Shown one piece after another: positions 1-21,761 of a stretch of DNA of 64,000 bases (within the stretch, counting starts at the first letter, position 1; every line of letters begins with the position of its first letter). Both the position numbers and the translations under genes were made by a program. Source of the DNA: Phaeosaccion multiseriatum (taxonomy: Eukaryota > Protista > Ochrophyta, other classes); contig OZ218952.1 of NCBI GenBank assembly GCA_965112735.1, positions 4,154,001 to 4,218,000 of the forward strand, read 5' to 3'. The notes under the pieces were generated by a model, which was given only the letters and a program-made list of their open reading frames with translations, did no database searches and was not told the DNA's origin.

Positions 1-1948
1 GACTCAAGGCGCCGTCGAGGTTACCATTGTGACTGCCAGCACCCGCGCACCCATTGAGCCCGACAACATCACCATCAGCGTCGACATTGAAACCCTTGTC
101 AACCTTCACGACGACGCCGGACCTTCGGATGAAGTGGAGCGTCGGCTGGCGGAGGGAGATGCACCCCCCGTAGCCATCAGCGCCGCTGTTGGGGGCCTCT
201 TGGACACGATAGCAGAGGCGGTGGGAGATGCCTTGGACGAGATCGCTTCCGGCGCTGCTGCCGTCGGCGTTGAAAGCTTCTCCATGGTCGAGACGGCCGA
301 CGCCGACGGCCTCCCCGACACGACGTCTTACCGTCTGAGCTACACAATGGTCTTCGTCGTGCCCGCGGGTATTGATCCCGACCCGGCAGACCTCGTCGTC
401 ACCACCACGGTCATGGTCCAGGAGTCAATTGTGGATCAGATGGAAGGGGTCGAGGTTGCCATGATCAGTGCCACCCCCTCTGTACTCACCGCTACCCCAA
501 CACCGGTGTCATTGCCAGCGTCATTTTCAGACACTGGTGCGCCAACACCGGCGCCAGCTTTCGATGAAGTATCGTTTCCATCCACTTCCTGGGAGACCTT
601 TGCGCCAACAAGTGCGCCAACACCGACGCCAGCGTCCTATCTGTGAGTACTCCCCCGCCTCTGTCGAGGGTCTGTAAGCACTGTGATGAGGCTAATAGGT
701 GTATCAGGTGCATACATGGACTAGCACACGGGTTTAGGGGCGCAGCGGTGATTTCAGTTTCAGTTTCGATAGGGACTCCTCTGTTTGCCCCACCCCCGCC
801 CGACTGTCGCTCGCTCCTCGCCCCCCTCCGTCATGCTCTCCTCATCTCGAGGGCTAAAAGGGTGACCCTTTGCAGAGTGTGCGTCCCTTTGCTTGCCCCT
901 CTCGACCGCTGCTCGCTCCTCTACCCGGCCCCTGCTTGCCTGACCCTCTCCTCGCCCCTCCCCTTGTCCTCCGCTGTCGTACCCTCGTGTCTTGCGCCTG
1001 CAGCGGGGACACAGAAACCATCACCGTGGACTTTGACGTCATCGTCAATGTCCATGATGACTTTATGGGCGACGATGACGGCCACGACGACTTCAGCAAC
1101 TACAATGACGACTACTACAACGACGGCAGGAGTGGCAGAAGGGGTCTTCTGCGTCGGCTGGCGGAGGGGGATGCGCCTACCTCCGACTTGAGTAAAGAGC
1201 TTCAGCTCTTCCTAGACGATGAAGCACGGGATATGGCGGGTGTTGTGAGCGCTGTGGACTACAGCGTTCAAGACTTCTTCATGGTCGAGACGGCCGACAT
1301 CGATGGCCTCCCCGACACGACATCTTACAGTGTGAGCTTCGCCATGGTCTTCACTGTGCCTGTGGGCGTTGACACCAACTCAGCCGGAGGGCTCGTGGTC
1401 AGTAGCATGGCAGAGATACTTGGGAATGTCGGAGAAGCGACTCAAGGCGCCGTCGAGGTTACCATTGTGACTGCCAGCACCCGCGCACCCATTGAGCCCG
1501 ACACCATCACCATCAGCGTCGACATTGAAACCCTTGTCAACCTTCACGACGACGCCGGACCTTCGGATGAAGTGGAGCGTCGGCTGGCGGAGGGAGATGC
1601 ACCCCCCGTAGCCATCAGCGCCGCTGTTGGGGGCCTCTTGGACACGATAGCAGAGGCGGTGGGAGATGCCTTGGACGAGATCGCTTCCGGCGCTGCTGCC
1701 GTCGGCGTTGAAAGCTTCTCCATGGTCGAGACGGCAGACGCCGACGGCCTCCCCGACACGACGTCTTACAGTCTGAGCTACACAATGGTCTTCGTCGTGC
1801 CCGCGGGTATTGATCCCGACCCGGCAGACCTCGTCGTCACCACCACGGTCATGGTCCAGGAGTCAATTGTGGATCAGATGGAAGGGGTCGAGGTTGCCAT
1901 GATCAGTGCCACCCCCTCTGTACTCACCGCTGCCCCGACACCGGCACC
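1..1948 (+). repeat. Near-identical intragenic direct duplication (1-~510 = 1439-~1948, offset 1438 bp)
   Basis: gactcaaggcgccgtcgaggttaccattgtgactgcc starts at both 1 and 1439 and stays almost identical for ~500 bp. Confidence 0.95.
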
Positions 1949-4758
1949 CACCCCAGCGTCAACTCCGGTAAGCAATGGCCATACATGTCTCTTCACGCGA
2001 CGAGTCGCACCGAAAACTTTGCTTACTGAGTTGCTTCCTCTCGTAGCTTCTTCTTCTGACCTGCGCCTCCTTTCGTGTCTCCCGTTCTGCCACTGCTTGG
2101 TCTTTGAAGGTCCCGACGATGGCAGCCCAAACGTAAGTACTCCCCCACCTCCATCGAGTCTTGTCCTCCAGGCTCAGGGTGGGCTCATGCCACAGCACTG
2201 AGCGAGTCGATAAGCGCTTTGTGAGAGCTGTCTGCCTTGAGGGGCGTATGGGTGATGCCAGTTTCAGTTTCAGTTTCGACAGGGACTCCTCTGTTTGCTC
2301 CACCCCCGCCCGACTGTCGCTCGCTCCTGGCACCCCTCCTTCATGCTCTCCTCATCTCAGGGTGTTAAAAGGGTGACCCTTTGCAAAGTGTACATCCCTT
2401 TGCCGGCCCCTCTCGACCCTCTCGTTTCTCTGTCCGACCCCTACTGTGGTATGAACCCCCTCACCCCTCCTCCCTTCTTTCACTGTCATTCCCCTCCTGC
2501 CCCGCACCTAACCATCTCCGGGCTGCTAGCGGGGAAACAGAAGTCATCACCATGGACTTTGAACTGATTGCCACTGTTCATGACGACTTCGAGCTTCTAT
2601 TCACCACAAGCGACATCCTATCGGAGCTTATGGACGACATTGCCGAGCATTTGGCGGCCGATGTGTTGAGCGCTGTTGACTTCAGCATCCAAGACTTGTC
2701 CATGATCGAGACGGCCGACACCGACAGCCTCCTCGACGCGACGTCTTACAGAGTGAGCTACGCAACGGTCTTTGATGTGCCCGTGTCCGGGGGCATGGAT
2801 TCCGACTCAGCAGGGCTCGTCATCGGCACTGTGGTGGAAATGCTTGAGGCAAGGGCAGCGGAAACCCAAGGCGGTCTCGACTTCATCCTTGTCAGCGTTA
2901 GCACCCGACAAGTGAGCGCTGCCCCGACTGCAGCCCCAACACCGACACCCATCGCCACCAATGTGGCGACAGTCTCGCCGCAGGGAGACGCCGAGGACTG
3001 CGAGTGCGACTTGACAGGCCTCAGTGGGGCAAACACGGACGAGCTCCAAGCCTCCGGATTCGAGCTCTTTTGCGACACGCGCTGCCTCGGCCCGGAACCC
3101 TACCCCAACGGCGGACTGTGAGTGTATCAGGACGACTGAGTGAGGTTGTGTGTGTGTGTGTGTGAGTGTGTGTGTTTCTTTTCGGTGCTGTATTGGTTGA
3201 AGAGGGTGCGGCCCTAGGGCCTCTCTCACCTTTTCAACGAAGTGCAGCGCAGAGGCTTTCTTGTGCTTTTGAATTTCCGAAAGCTGCGCCATGGGATTGT
3301 ACTCGCGGATTTTCAAATTCTCCCTATTTCTTCCCCTCTCCTTCACACACACACGCACGCACGCACGCACACACACATGCACGTACACATACCCGTACAC
3401 ATACACAGGTGGTGCAACATGTTTGGCTTGAGCCAGTGTATTCGAAGTTGCTACACCACCGCTGGTGCTGCTGCCTACCTCGCCGCCAGCCCTGACCATA
3501 CTTGCGACAGCGTCATCGTGTGCGCCGGGGCCGAGTGCTTCGAGGACAGCGAGGCCCCTTCTGTCGAGGACAGCGAGGCTGCTATAGTGCCCCCCACTAT
3601 AGCTTCGACTGAGACACTGACCGAGGCGCCGACTGAGCCATCGATGGAAGCACCAACGACGGTGAGTGACGTCCCTAATCAATACTGCCTACTCCTGACT
3701 GACTGTTAAATGTGCTCTGAGGAGCGAGGGCTTCGGCGAAGTCACCCCACCCCCACCCCACCCCACGGGGCATCGTTGCTGACGTGCCTGCTCTCTTCTA
3801 TTGGTGTCCCATCCCTACCCCTAGGCTCCTACCGTACCACCTACGACAGCTCCGACTACTCTGACCCCCACCAAGGCCCCTACCGCGGCCCCCGCAGCCG
3901 CCTCTCCCACTCCTTCGCCCGGAGGCTGCACGACTGCCGAGGACTGTTACGCTCGGGCCAGTGAATCGGATACCGAATACCTCGAGGACAACAAGAACGG
4001 TGCGTGCTAGAGCAGAGGTGGGGGCAGGCGGGTGCAAGCAGGGACGGCGGTCTTGCTTCAAAGGTGCGGGAGCGCCTGGAGTGAGAGCCACCTGGAGCGG
4101 GCTTCTCTTGGCTCCCCTTTCGCTCCCTTGCCTCCCCTCTCGACGAGCGTCCTATTCGCTCACCACCCTCGCTTCCTGCCCCGTTCATCACCCGCCCCTC
4201 ACTCGTTCCTCACTCGTTCGCTCTCGCCCCATCGCACACCACCAGAGCTGTACTGCGACCCCACCTGCTCGGAGGACGGCACCTCGTACGGAGGCCTTCT
4301 CTGCGACATGTTCGAACTCGGCCAAGACTGCCGGGGGTGTTACCTCGAAGCAGGTATGTGCATGCGTGCATGCATGCGTGCGTGGGTGCGAGTGTGCACG
4401 CGGGTTTGCTACTTTGTGTGTGCGCGCGTTTGGGAAGACCTCCGCTCCTCTCACCTAGCACCCCCAACCCCCCCCCCTCATCCCTTCACTCTCGTCCGCC
4501 CTTCCCTTAGGTGCCCAGGAGTACCTGGCCCTCAATCCCACGCTCAAGTGTGACGTCATCAATATGTGCGAGGGAGAGCCTGCTTGCACAGAGCCAGACT
4601 CCTCCGAGAGCAGCCTCCTAGAGCAGAGCAGCAGCGGCTCCGGCGGCAGTGGCGTGTCGGGCGGGGCGTTGGCCGGAATCGTGATTGGGTGTGTCGCTGG
4701 TGTTGTTGCAATTGGTGCGGGGCTGAGGGTGGCCGCCAAACGCAGGGCAGAGCCGTAG
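1..4758 (+). CDS. Modular single-pass cell-surface protein, paralog 1 (5'-truncated by window): 4+ acidic repeat modules, Pro/Thr linkers, Cys-rich modules, C-terminal TM
   Basis: Exons approx 1-642, 1004-1967, 2110-2132, 2530-3117, 3409-3661, 3825-3999, 4247-4353, 4512-4758 bounded by GT..AG. Repeated module ETITxD...RRLAEGDAP...SYSLSYTMVFVVP; Cys modules DCECDL..FCDTRC..GGLWCNMFGLSQCIRSCY and YCDPTC..GGLLCDMFELGQDCRGCY; ends GALAGIVIGCVAGVVAIGAGLRVAAKRRAEP*. Confidence 0.8.
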
Positions 4759-4897
4759 TTGCACGATTGTTTTGTGGCTCTCTGTCTCAACATTTTCTTT
4801 CTCCGTGCTTGTTTAGATGTCATATTTGTGTTGCTGTAATAATAATGTGTTATTTGTCGCAGTAAGAGTAACCACTCACCTCCAAGGAAAGGAAAAG

Positions 4898-5003
4898 TCG
4901 GCCCCTGACAAGGTTCTGAGCCACCCAGGTTCCAGGTTCTGGGATAATGAGGGCCAGGGTCCAGGTGTGGTGTGTGTGTGGGGGGGGGTTAGCTAGGGGC
5001 CGA
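4898..5003. mobile_element. MITE, TCGRCCCCTG family (degenerate)
   Basis: Termini tcggcccct / aggggccga; flanks gaaaag (4892-4897) and taaaag (5004-5009), a 5/6 match for a TSD; internal aggttc x3. Confidence 0.6.
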
Positions 5004-5219
5004 TAAAAGCTAAGTGCAGTGCCACTAATGTAAAAGAGATTAAACGGAGGATTGTAATCCCCTTCCCCACCCCTACCTGGGGAGCGTAACAAAAACGACT
5101 CAACTCGGCGATGGAGGCACTTTAGGGGGAGGGGGGGGGCTCTGGGCTGCAAGACACCCTTACGTAAGACCCGCATGGCCCTTACGTAAGGAACAGGACT
5201 TTCAGTTTGTTAGGCCTCC

Positions 5220-5378
5220 TCGGCTCCAGGCGAGGTTTCTCTGGCCCCCGATAATAAGCAGAAGCCACCGAAAACAAGAACCCAGGGGCTGGGCCTGCGG
5301 CTTCAGAAGCCAGCAGGACAATAGCGAAGCCCCCCCCCCCCGCCCCCTCTAATTTTTTTCTCCCTGAGAAGAAGCCAT
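5220..5378. repeat. Dispersed non-coding repeat, related to 46875-47202
   Basis: ttctctggcccccgataa..gcagaagcc..gcaagaa..ggggctgg.cctgcggc recurs near 47050-47140; ggcttcagaagccagcag..ccccc..taattttttt..ctgagaag recurs inverted near 46945-47033. Confidence 0.7.
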
Positions 5379-5497
5379 TTGGATTAGAAGTGACAGTTAC
5401 AGTTTCAGTTTGCTGGTTTTCTGTTTTTATTATTGTGTTCTCCCGACCTTCCCCAGCCTTCCCTCCAACCACACACAACACACTCGTACGCGGAAAG

Positions 5498-14307
<8,810 letters not shown>

Positions 14308-14491
14308 GTCGCAAAATTATTTACCACCCTTCCATTACAGTTGTAAGTGTTTTTTATTTGTCGCGTTCCCTCCCTCCCTCCACTTGTGGTCGGAGATTTG
14401 CCGTATTCTGTTTGTTTCGTTGCTTTAGAGCAACAAAGTGGAATTTGGACCGATATTTTCTTTATAATAATAGTTTACCTTTGCTTTTTTA

Positions 14492-14625
14492 ATACTCGAT
14501 TTGCGTAAGAATCGCCCAAATCGCCCGTTTTTTGGGTCGGGCATCAAGGGGGTCGAAAGGGAGTGCTCTTGCAGAAATGCTGACAAGTACAGTGTTGTAG
14601 CAAGGGTAGGGAAGGGCAAAGCCCC
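14492..14625. mobile_element. Partial copy (one end) of the ACACTCGATTTGCGTA MITE at 37812-38067
   Basis: actcgatttgcgtaagaatcgcccaaatcgcccgttttt..gagtgctcttgcagaaatgctgacaagta matches the reverse complement of 37975-38067. Confidence 0.75.
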
Positions 14626-14816
14626 GGAGTTTTGCGAAAAAAAAAAAAAAAAAAAAATTCTGTTCCTTGATACTGTAAAAACAACAACAATTGCTATTAC
14701 ATTGTACAAAATTGGTGAAACTCAAACTGATTCCCGGGGGCCTCTTCCTCTCTCCCTTCCCTTCCTTCGCTTTTCCTCTCTTGCTGTACCAATTGCAGCC
14801 CTTGTGCACCTCCGAG

Positions 14817-17088
14817 ATGGCGTTTGCTTCCCATGCAGTGGTGGCTGCGGCCGCAGCGGTGCTGCTGCTGCTGAGCTCCTGCGTGCAGGCTTTCGCGCCC
14901 ACTGGCGGGCTCACACGTGTTGGTGAGTGGGGCATGCGAGCAGCTATGGGAAGCGGGAGAGGAGAGGGGGCGTATTGAGGACGTAGACCAGGATTCAACC
15001 GCGGACCTGCTCAGGAGCTTTGTAGAAGTGGAAAGATCGAGAGATTGAAGCGAGATTGGGAGGAGAGTTGAAGTGATGTGGACACGCATTCACATTGGGA
15101 GCACGGTTGCATGCCGGTGCTGCTGCTCCACATCCTCCTCCGTTTTCTCCTACTACTGCCATTAAACCACCTTCTCGTTCTCGTCCGTATCATTCAGCTC
15201 TACTTTGACACACTCTCCCCACCTCCTCCCCCACCCCCCTTTGCAGGCATTAGTCCAGTGGAGTCCTCCGTAGCCAGCAGCAGGGGCTGCGGCAAAGTCA
15301 GAGGCGCGTGGGGTAGCGCAAATTGCGGTAAAAGCAGCAGCAACGGCAGAGTCGGTTTGGCACCTTTGTACATGGCGAAAAAACCCAAGACCAAAAAAGC
15401 TAAAGCTGGGGGGGGGCTGCCGGGGGTGGGCAGTCTGAAGCAGAAGCTGAAAAAGGGCGGCAAGACAGAGGCCCTGTCGGAGAAGGCTCTGCGAGCGAAG
15501 CAGGCCAAGTTGTACAGGCTGCTCGGCCTCTCTGTGGACGCTAGCCCCGCGGATATGCAAGAAGCTGCCGAGAGGTCAGTGTGGTCTCTCCCTCTCCGTG
15601 TGTGTATCGTGCGTTTCTTTTTTTGTGTCATTCTGGGTGCTCCATCTCGTAGGCGAATTAGGTAGTACTCCTTCTATTGCTCAGACAGGCTCAAGCTGGC
15701 TTTTGGTGGACGAAGTGAAACTCTGCTGCGCCAGGAAGGGAGTGGTCGCTGCTGGCTCCGTGGTTCACGTGCTTTTACCTCTCTCTTTGTGCATTTGTTG
15801 TGTGTGTCTGTGTGTGCGTGCGTGTGCGGGCTTGTCTCTTGATGCGCAGGTTGAAGGAGAAGTACAAGGACAACGTCCAGGAGAGGGTCAAAGTCGAAAT
15901 TGTAAGTAAACCCTGAGCTGTTGACACCCGCGTCGAAAGAGCCGTCGGGCTAGCCTCTGTCATCGACGCTCCATACCGACAACTCGGGAGTGGGGTCTTC
16001 ACGACGTGTGTCGACATGTTACATCACAGCGCTGTCCTGTACTTTTGGAGTTACGCAGCTTTTTAATTTGGGACCCTCTCCCACAGTCACCCCATGCCTG
16101 AACTGCTTCCATGTACTACCAGCTCACATGCTCCCCCTCTCTTTCTGCTATGCCCCGTGCACCATTATCGTGTGAGCACACCCTCCTCACCTCGTCTCCT
16201 CTGATTGGACCCCCAGACCGCCGCCTCCCTCTGCAGTCGATCATTGATACTAACGCCTGTACACCACTTCCCTACCCCTCCCCCTCCTCTCCCGGGTGCG
16301 CATTGCTACACCCGTCCTCCTCCCTGGCTCCCTCCTGTGTCCCTCACTCCCTCCCGTGCAGGTTGAGGACCAGATTAACGAGATGCTCATGCAAATGCGC
16401 ATGTCGGGCGTGATTAAGGGCAAGAAGAATAAGACTGCTGAGAAGGCGCGCAAGTCGGTGTCGAAGAAGAAGAACAAGGCTTGGTGAGTCAGTGAGTCAG
16501 GGAGTGGGTCAGTGCGTGAGTGGATGGGTCAGTGTGTCAGTCAGCCAGCCAGTGAGTGGGTCAGTCAGTCAGTCCGTGAGTGAGTGGGTGGGTGGATCAG
16601 TGCGTGAGTGAGTCGGTTAGCCAGTGAGTGGGTCAGTCAGTCAGTCAGTGAGTGGGTGGGTCAGTTAGTTAGTGAGTCAATGAATGGGGTCACTGGGTCT
16701 GTGAGCGAGTGAGTGGGTCAGTGAGCGAATGAGTGGGCAGTGCGTGAGTGAGTCAGTCAGCGAGTGACTTGGCCAGTGAGCCTCCCTCGAGAGAGTGGTG
16801 TTGGTGAGGGCGTGAAAGTCACGCGTACATACACTTCTCTCGACCGACTTTTCGCGTGAAGGGCTTGGATGGAAGCTCGGACAAACGGAGGGAGGGGGCA
16901 GGACCCCAACCCCTGTGGGGAATGAATGCACTCCTCCACATCATGTCCACTTCCCTTCCCTTCCTTCTCTGCTTCCCTCTGCCCATTACATTTGCATCTG
17001 GCCTTAATTCTCCGTCATCCCCTCTCCTTCTCTCACCCATCCTCGTAACGCCCTCCGTCCCCTCCCCGCTCGCGCGCGCCGTCTCGAC

Positions 17089-17119
<31 letters not shown>

Positions 17120-18087
17120 ACACAACGACACAAAAAAAGGTACACCAAACTCTTCAAACCGCCAAAGTGGATATACCCGTTCCTCAACAAGCCCACCAAG
17201 GAGGACATTATCAAAAAGACTTTGTACTTTGCCGCCTACTCTGCGGCAGTCGCCGGGTTCGCAGAGACGCGCCCCATCCTCATGATTATGGCTGGTGCAA
17301 CAACGGTAGGCTTCCTCGGGGCCAACGGGGCGCCTCCCCTGCCCAGGGATGAGACAGGAAGGGTGTCCGAAATTGTCGTCCCCAGCAAGTTCACCTCTCT
17401 CTCTGCACTGGGCATCGTCACGTCTATTGCTGTGGTGAGTTATTGCCCGGTTTAGCTTGGCTTGGCTTGGGATGAGGTCGCGAGTTAGGTCCAGCCGTGT
17501 CGCAAAGCAAAGTCTGTCGAGCCTGCGCACGTGTCTGTCTGTCCGCCGCCCGTCCGTTTGTGCTGTTTTTAAAGCCCACGTCGTGTCTCTCTGTTGCCAA
17601 CCCCCTCGCCCAGAGCACCATCTTCTGACCTCAATGAGCCACTGTCTCCCTCCCTCTCTCTACCTTCTCTCTCCCTCTCCCTCCCTTCTCTACCTTCTCT
17701 CTCCCTCTCTCTCTCTTCTCTCTCTCCCTCTCCTCTCTCCTCCTCTCCTCTCTCTCTCCCTCTCCTCTCTCTTCTCTCTCTCCCTCTCTCGTCTCTCTCT
17801 CTCTCTCTCTTCCTGCTTTCCTTCCCAATTTGTCGTTCGTCCCGCCCCTGCCTCCCCCCCGACCGTTCCAAACTCTTCCCCTTGGGTCACAGGTTGGTGA
17901 TCTGCTCGGGAACATCCTTGCTGTGATTGTAGGGGAGAAGTGGGTGTCGGCAACTTCCCTCTCTTTCACCGTCTGTTGTTCCATGTTCTGGTTCTGCTCA
18001 GTGTTCCTGACGACGTGGCGAGAACAGGGATCAACGAGGAGAGCGGGACCAGGAGGGGGAGGGAACAGGACCCTCCTGGGCGGATAA
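14817..18087 (+). CDS. CPP1: Plastid-targeted chaperone-like protein of POR1 (CPP1/DUF3353-like, J-like domain lacking HPD + TM helices)
   Basis: Leader MAFASHAVVAAAAAVLLLLSSCVQ-AFAP; spliced LYRLLGLSVDASPADMQEAAERLKEKYKDNVQERVKVEIVEDQINEMLMQMRMSG resembles the CPP1 J-like domain; hydrophobic C-terminal exons. Exons approx 14817-14922, 15247-15574, 15850-15901, 16362-16483, 17140-17433, 17893-18087. Confidence 0.7.
16485..16770. repeat. Degenerate (GAGT/CAGT)n intronic satellite
   Basis: Direct reading; the same type occurs at 35640-35950 and 58372-58470. Confidence 0.9.
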
Positions 18088-18871
18088 GGATGACAAAATG
18101 AAATGAACAGCGTTTTAATGGCGGGAAGAATGGCATGGGACGGGAAGGCTGAGCGCCGGCGCCGGGACGAGCAGATGGGAGTTTCGCGCTGTGCTTGCTA
18201 CGATCGGCGCTGTGCTCTTGGTGTGAGGGGCCGGGCCCACAGGGAAGCAAGGAAGTCAGGCACTTAGTTTTTTGGGGGCACACTCGTAGCTTTGCTTCGT
18301 GTTACCCATCCGCCGTGAGAATTGAGTGCCGGACAAGAGTCGAAGGAGAAGGAGACGAGAGCGCACAGCAGCAACAGCCGGGCGACGAGCAAAGGAAGGC
18401 ATGACGCTGTCGGGTGCAAAGGGTGGGGGGGGTGAGAGAAAAGGGAGGGGGGGTGGATGGGAGGGAAAATGAAGGAAAGGGCGTTTCTTCGACGACAAAG
18501 GCTGCCCCGCACGCCGTACCATACGAAAACTATGCATTAATATAATCACTAAAATAGAGTTTTAATATAACAAAATTAACGAAGGCTTCTCCTTCTCCCC
18601 TCGAAGGCTAGAAGTGGTCGTTGTTGTGGTGATGGCCCGGCTGGCTGTTGCTTGCTTGGCTTGCTGCAGCTCAGCGACGGGTCATAAAAAATCGTCACAT
18701 GTGCCCTCACACGAAACAATCCTAACGTTGCAACTCTGTAGCCCCTAGCGCCCTACCAAGTGCTTAGGTGAGGGCCTTCCCTACAAAATACTTCTCAGTA
18801 TTAAGCGTATACTCACTCTTTCCACACACTCGGCCTAACTAACTCTCTCTCCTCATTCCCCTTTTCACCAC

Positions 18872-21761
18872 CTACATCGGCGTCTTCTCCCTTCCAACCG
18901 CCTGCCCTTCCCCCCCCTCCGCCCCTCCCTGCTCTGTCTCACTCGACGAGGATGAAGGAGGAGAAGGAGGAACGAAGGAGGCCACCTGGCGGAGCAACGC
19001 TCGTGCGGCAATTCTGCGTCGGTCAGCAGAGGGCGAGGAGGGGGGAACGGAGGAGGAGGGGGAGGAGAACGCCGACTTTTGTTGCTGCTGTTGCTGCTCC
19101 ACGCTGGCATTTGCGGCTTTCATAGCTGCTGCAGCCGCCTCCGCCGCCTCCGAGCGAGCCACAGCAGCCTTCGTGGAGGCACTCGAGCTCGTGCGGATGA
19201 CGGTGGGCTGCCTGCCTTGTGCAGTGCCCTTGTCAAAGGGTTGCTTCTTCAGGTCCTCGTAGAGAGCCAGAGACGCCTTCATCCGCTCTCGCTCCTTCAC
19301 ATTCAGGTTGGCTGCTTCGCTGTCGGCGTCGCCATTTGCGGACGATGATGGCGTAGGACGAGGAGGGATGGAGGTGACCACCTGTCGGAGCAGCTTTTGT
19401 GCAGCGTTCTTGCGTCGGTCGTTGAAGGCAGAAGCAGGGGAGGAGGAGGAGGAGGAGGGGGGGGGGGGGAGGAGGGGATGGAGGGGAGTGGGGAGGAGGA
19501 GGTGGTGGTGGAGGAGGTGGTGGAGGAGGGGGAGGAGGAGGAGGAGGTGGAGGAGGAGGAGGAGGAGGAGGAGGAGGAGGAGGAGGAGACGGAGGAGGAG
19601 GAGGAGGAGGAGGAGGAGGAGGTGCGGCTGGAGGGGGGTGGGGAGGAGAAGGAGGAGAAGGGAGAGGAGGAGGGGGGTGGGAAAGAGGGAAGGGAGTCGG
19701 AGGGCGGGGTAGAGGGCGAGGAGAAAGGGGAGCGAGAGGAGAACGGGGAGGAGGGGGGAGGGGAAGGTGAAGCCAACTTCTGTTGCCGGTGCTGCTGCTG
19801 CTGCACGTCTGTGGTGCCTACGGCTGCCGCAACCCCTGCCGCCGCCTCCGAGCGAGCAGGCGCCGCCCTGGCCCTGGGAGGAGTGGGCTGTGCGAGAAGG
19901 GCCTGCACCGCCAGACGATCTGCTGTGCTCTTGTCAGTCTCCTTCTTGTCGAGGCGCTTCGTCAAGCCGTCATAGCCGGCCAGCGAAGCCTTCACCTGCT
20001 GGAGCTGCTCCAATTCCTCCTTGATCATGAGCTCCGCAGCTCGGGCTATCTTCTCCTCTTTCTTTCTCCTCGCCTCTTGCTCGGCCTCCTCTATGGCCTT
20101 TCTCCTCTTGGCCTCTACCTCTTCCGCCATCATGACGTTGCGCCTCTCCTGTGACAAATCATCCTGTTCGCTCTTGCTGGCCATCACCACTGGTGCCCCC
20201 TCCTCCTGCTTCCCCAGCAGTGTCTCCCGCAGAGCCGTTTTCGAGCCACTAACCGCCACAGAAACCCCATCGGTGACCGTGGAGACGCCCTTTCTGACCA
20301 GCTCTCCTGGCAGCTCGGAAACCTTCTTGGTGGTGCTGCTCACAAAGTCTTGCGCGGCTTTCTGAGGTGCCCTCACGACGACATCCCCCACCCTTTCCAC
20401 GGCGTCGTCCACTGCCTTCTTCACTGCCGCCCCAATCGAATTCGAGGCCCTGAATACAGCCCCAGTGATGGAGTCGCTTGTGCCCTTGACCGCTCCATCG
20501 ATGGTGTGGGTGGTGCCCTGGACCACGCCGTTGATGGAATCGGTCGTGCTCTGCACTACCCCATTGATTGCACCATCCACCGCTTCAAACGCCAGGCCTT
20601 GAACCCTGGCGCCCACGGACCGAGCAGCTGAGCCCCAAAAGTCGTCTCTGGTATATAGCGTCGTTTGTTTTGGGGGGGAGAGAAGAGAGAGAGACCGAGA
20701 GAGAGAGAGAAAGAAAGAAAGAAAGAAAGGGGCTACATGAGAGGGGTTTGATGGGTGGGTGAGAGAGACAAAGGGCTGGGGCGAGAGAGAGAGGGGATGG
20801 GAAGACGTTTCGGAAAGCCGAACGGTACAAATTAACATCCGATACGCGCACCTTCCTCCCAACATCCAGCCGGCGGTGGATCCGAATGCAAAGCCCACCG
20901 GGAGCAGCTCCACAGACCGGGCGTTGACTCCTGCTGCCGCCCCCAGCAGCACACCGCAAGTCAGCGAAAAGCTCAACTGGCCAGAGAATGGGTCCACCTC
21001 CGCGGGCACAGCCACCAAGCCACCAGCTTTCGATGTGGATTCTTCCACTGCAGTGGCTGCTTGTGCTGCCGCTTGTGCTGCTGCTCGTGCTGCCGCCGCT
21101 TCCTTCTGCTTCCTAATCTGCGCCTCTTTTGCCTACAGAAAGAGGGAGAGAGGGACGTGGAAGATTAAATGACAATGTTCCACATCTCCCCCATCAAGTT
21201 TACCCTTGCGCACACACGTTTCCCAGTCACGACACCCACCTTTGTCATGGCCAAATAGTGCAGCTCCACTTCCTCCTTGGAAATAAGCCCTTGCTTAAAG
21301 AGGGCCAGCACCTTCGCCGCCGCGCCCAGCTCCAGCTCCGACAGCACCTCCTCACCCTGCATAGCCCCGCCCTGCTCTGCCTCCCCTCCTTCACTGCCGA
21401 TGCTACTGCTGCTGCTGCTGTCAATCAACGGCAGGGGCTGAGGAGCAACGTCGCCCTCCCTCGCTCCCGAATCCGAAGAAGATGGTAGCGAGGCCGCCGC
21501 TTGTCTTCGGGTTGTGGTGCGGCAAACACCATCACAGGACCTCGTCCTGACGGTGCGCGTGCTAAGGCTCGCACGCGCGGACGGCCCACGGTCGTGCCCC
21601 TCTCTCCCGCTCTCTCTGTGCCAGCTGTCTAGCGGCGATGATCCCGGCGGACAGGCGATGTAAGCGTTCGCAAGCAGAACTTGGCAGCAGCATACACAAG
21701 CCACCTGTACCACCGCTGCTCTTCCCCTCCTCCTCATCACGCCTCTCCTACGATCCTTCAT
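18872..21761 (-). CDS. Unknown protein with N-terminal signal (secreted or plastid), hydrophobic hairpin, amphipathic repeats, coiled coil and low-complexity C-terminus; apparent frameshift near 19460
   Basis: Leader ..AAVVQVACVCCCQVLLANA-Y; exons approx 21761-21238, 21137-20851, 20650-18872. ORFs 19303..21048 and 18872..19381 overlap in different frames around a G homopolymer. Confidence 0.6.
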
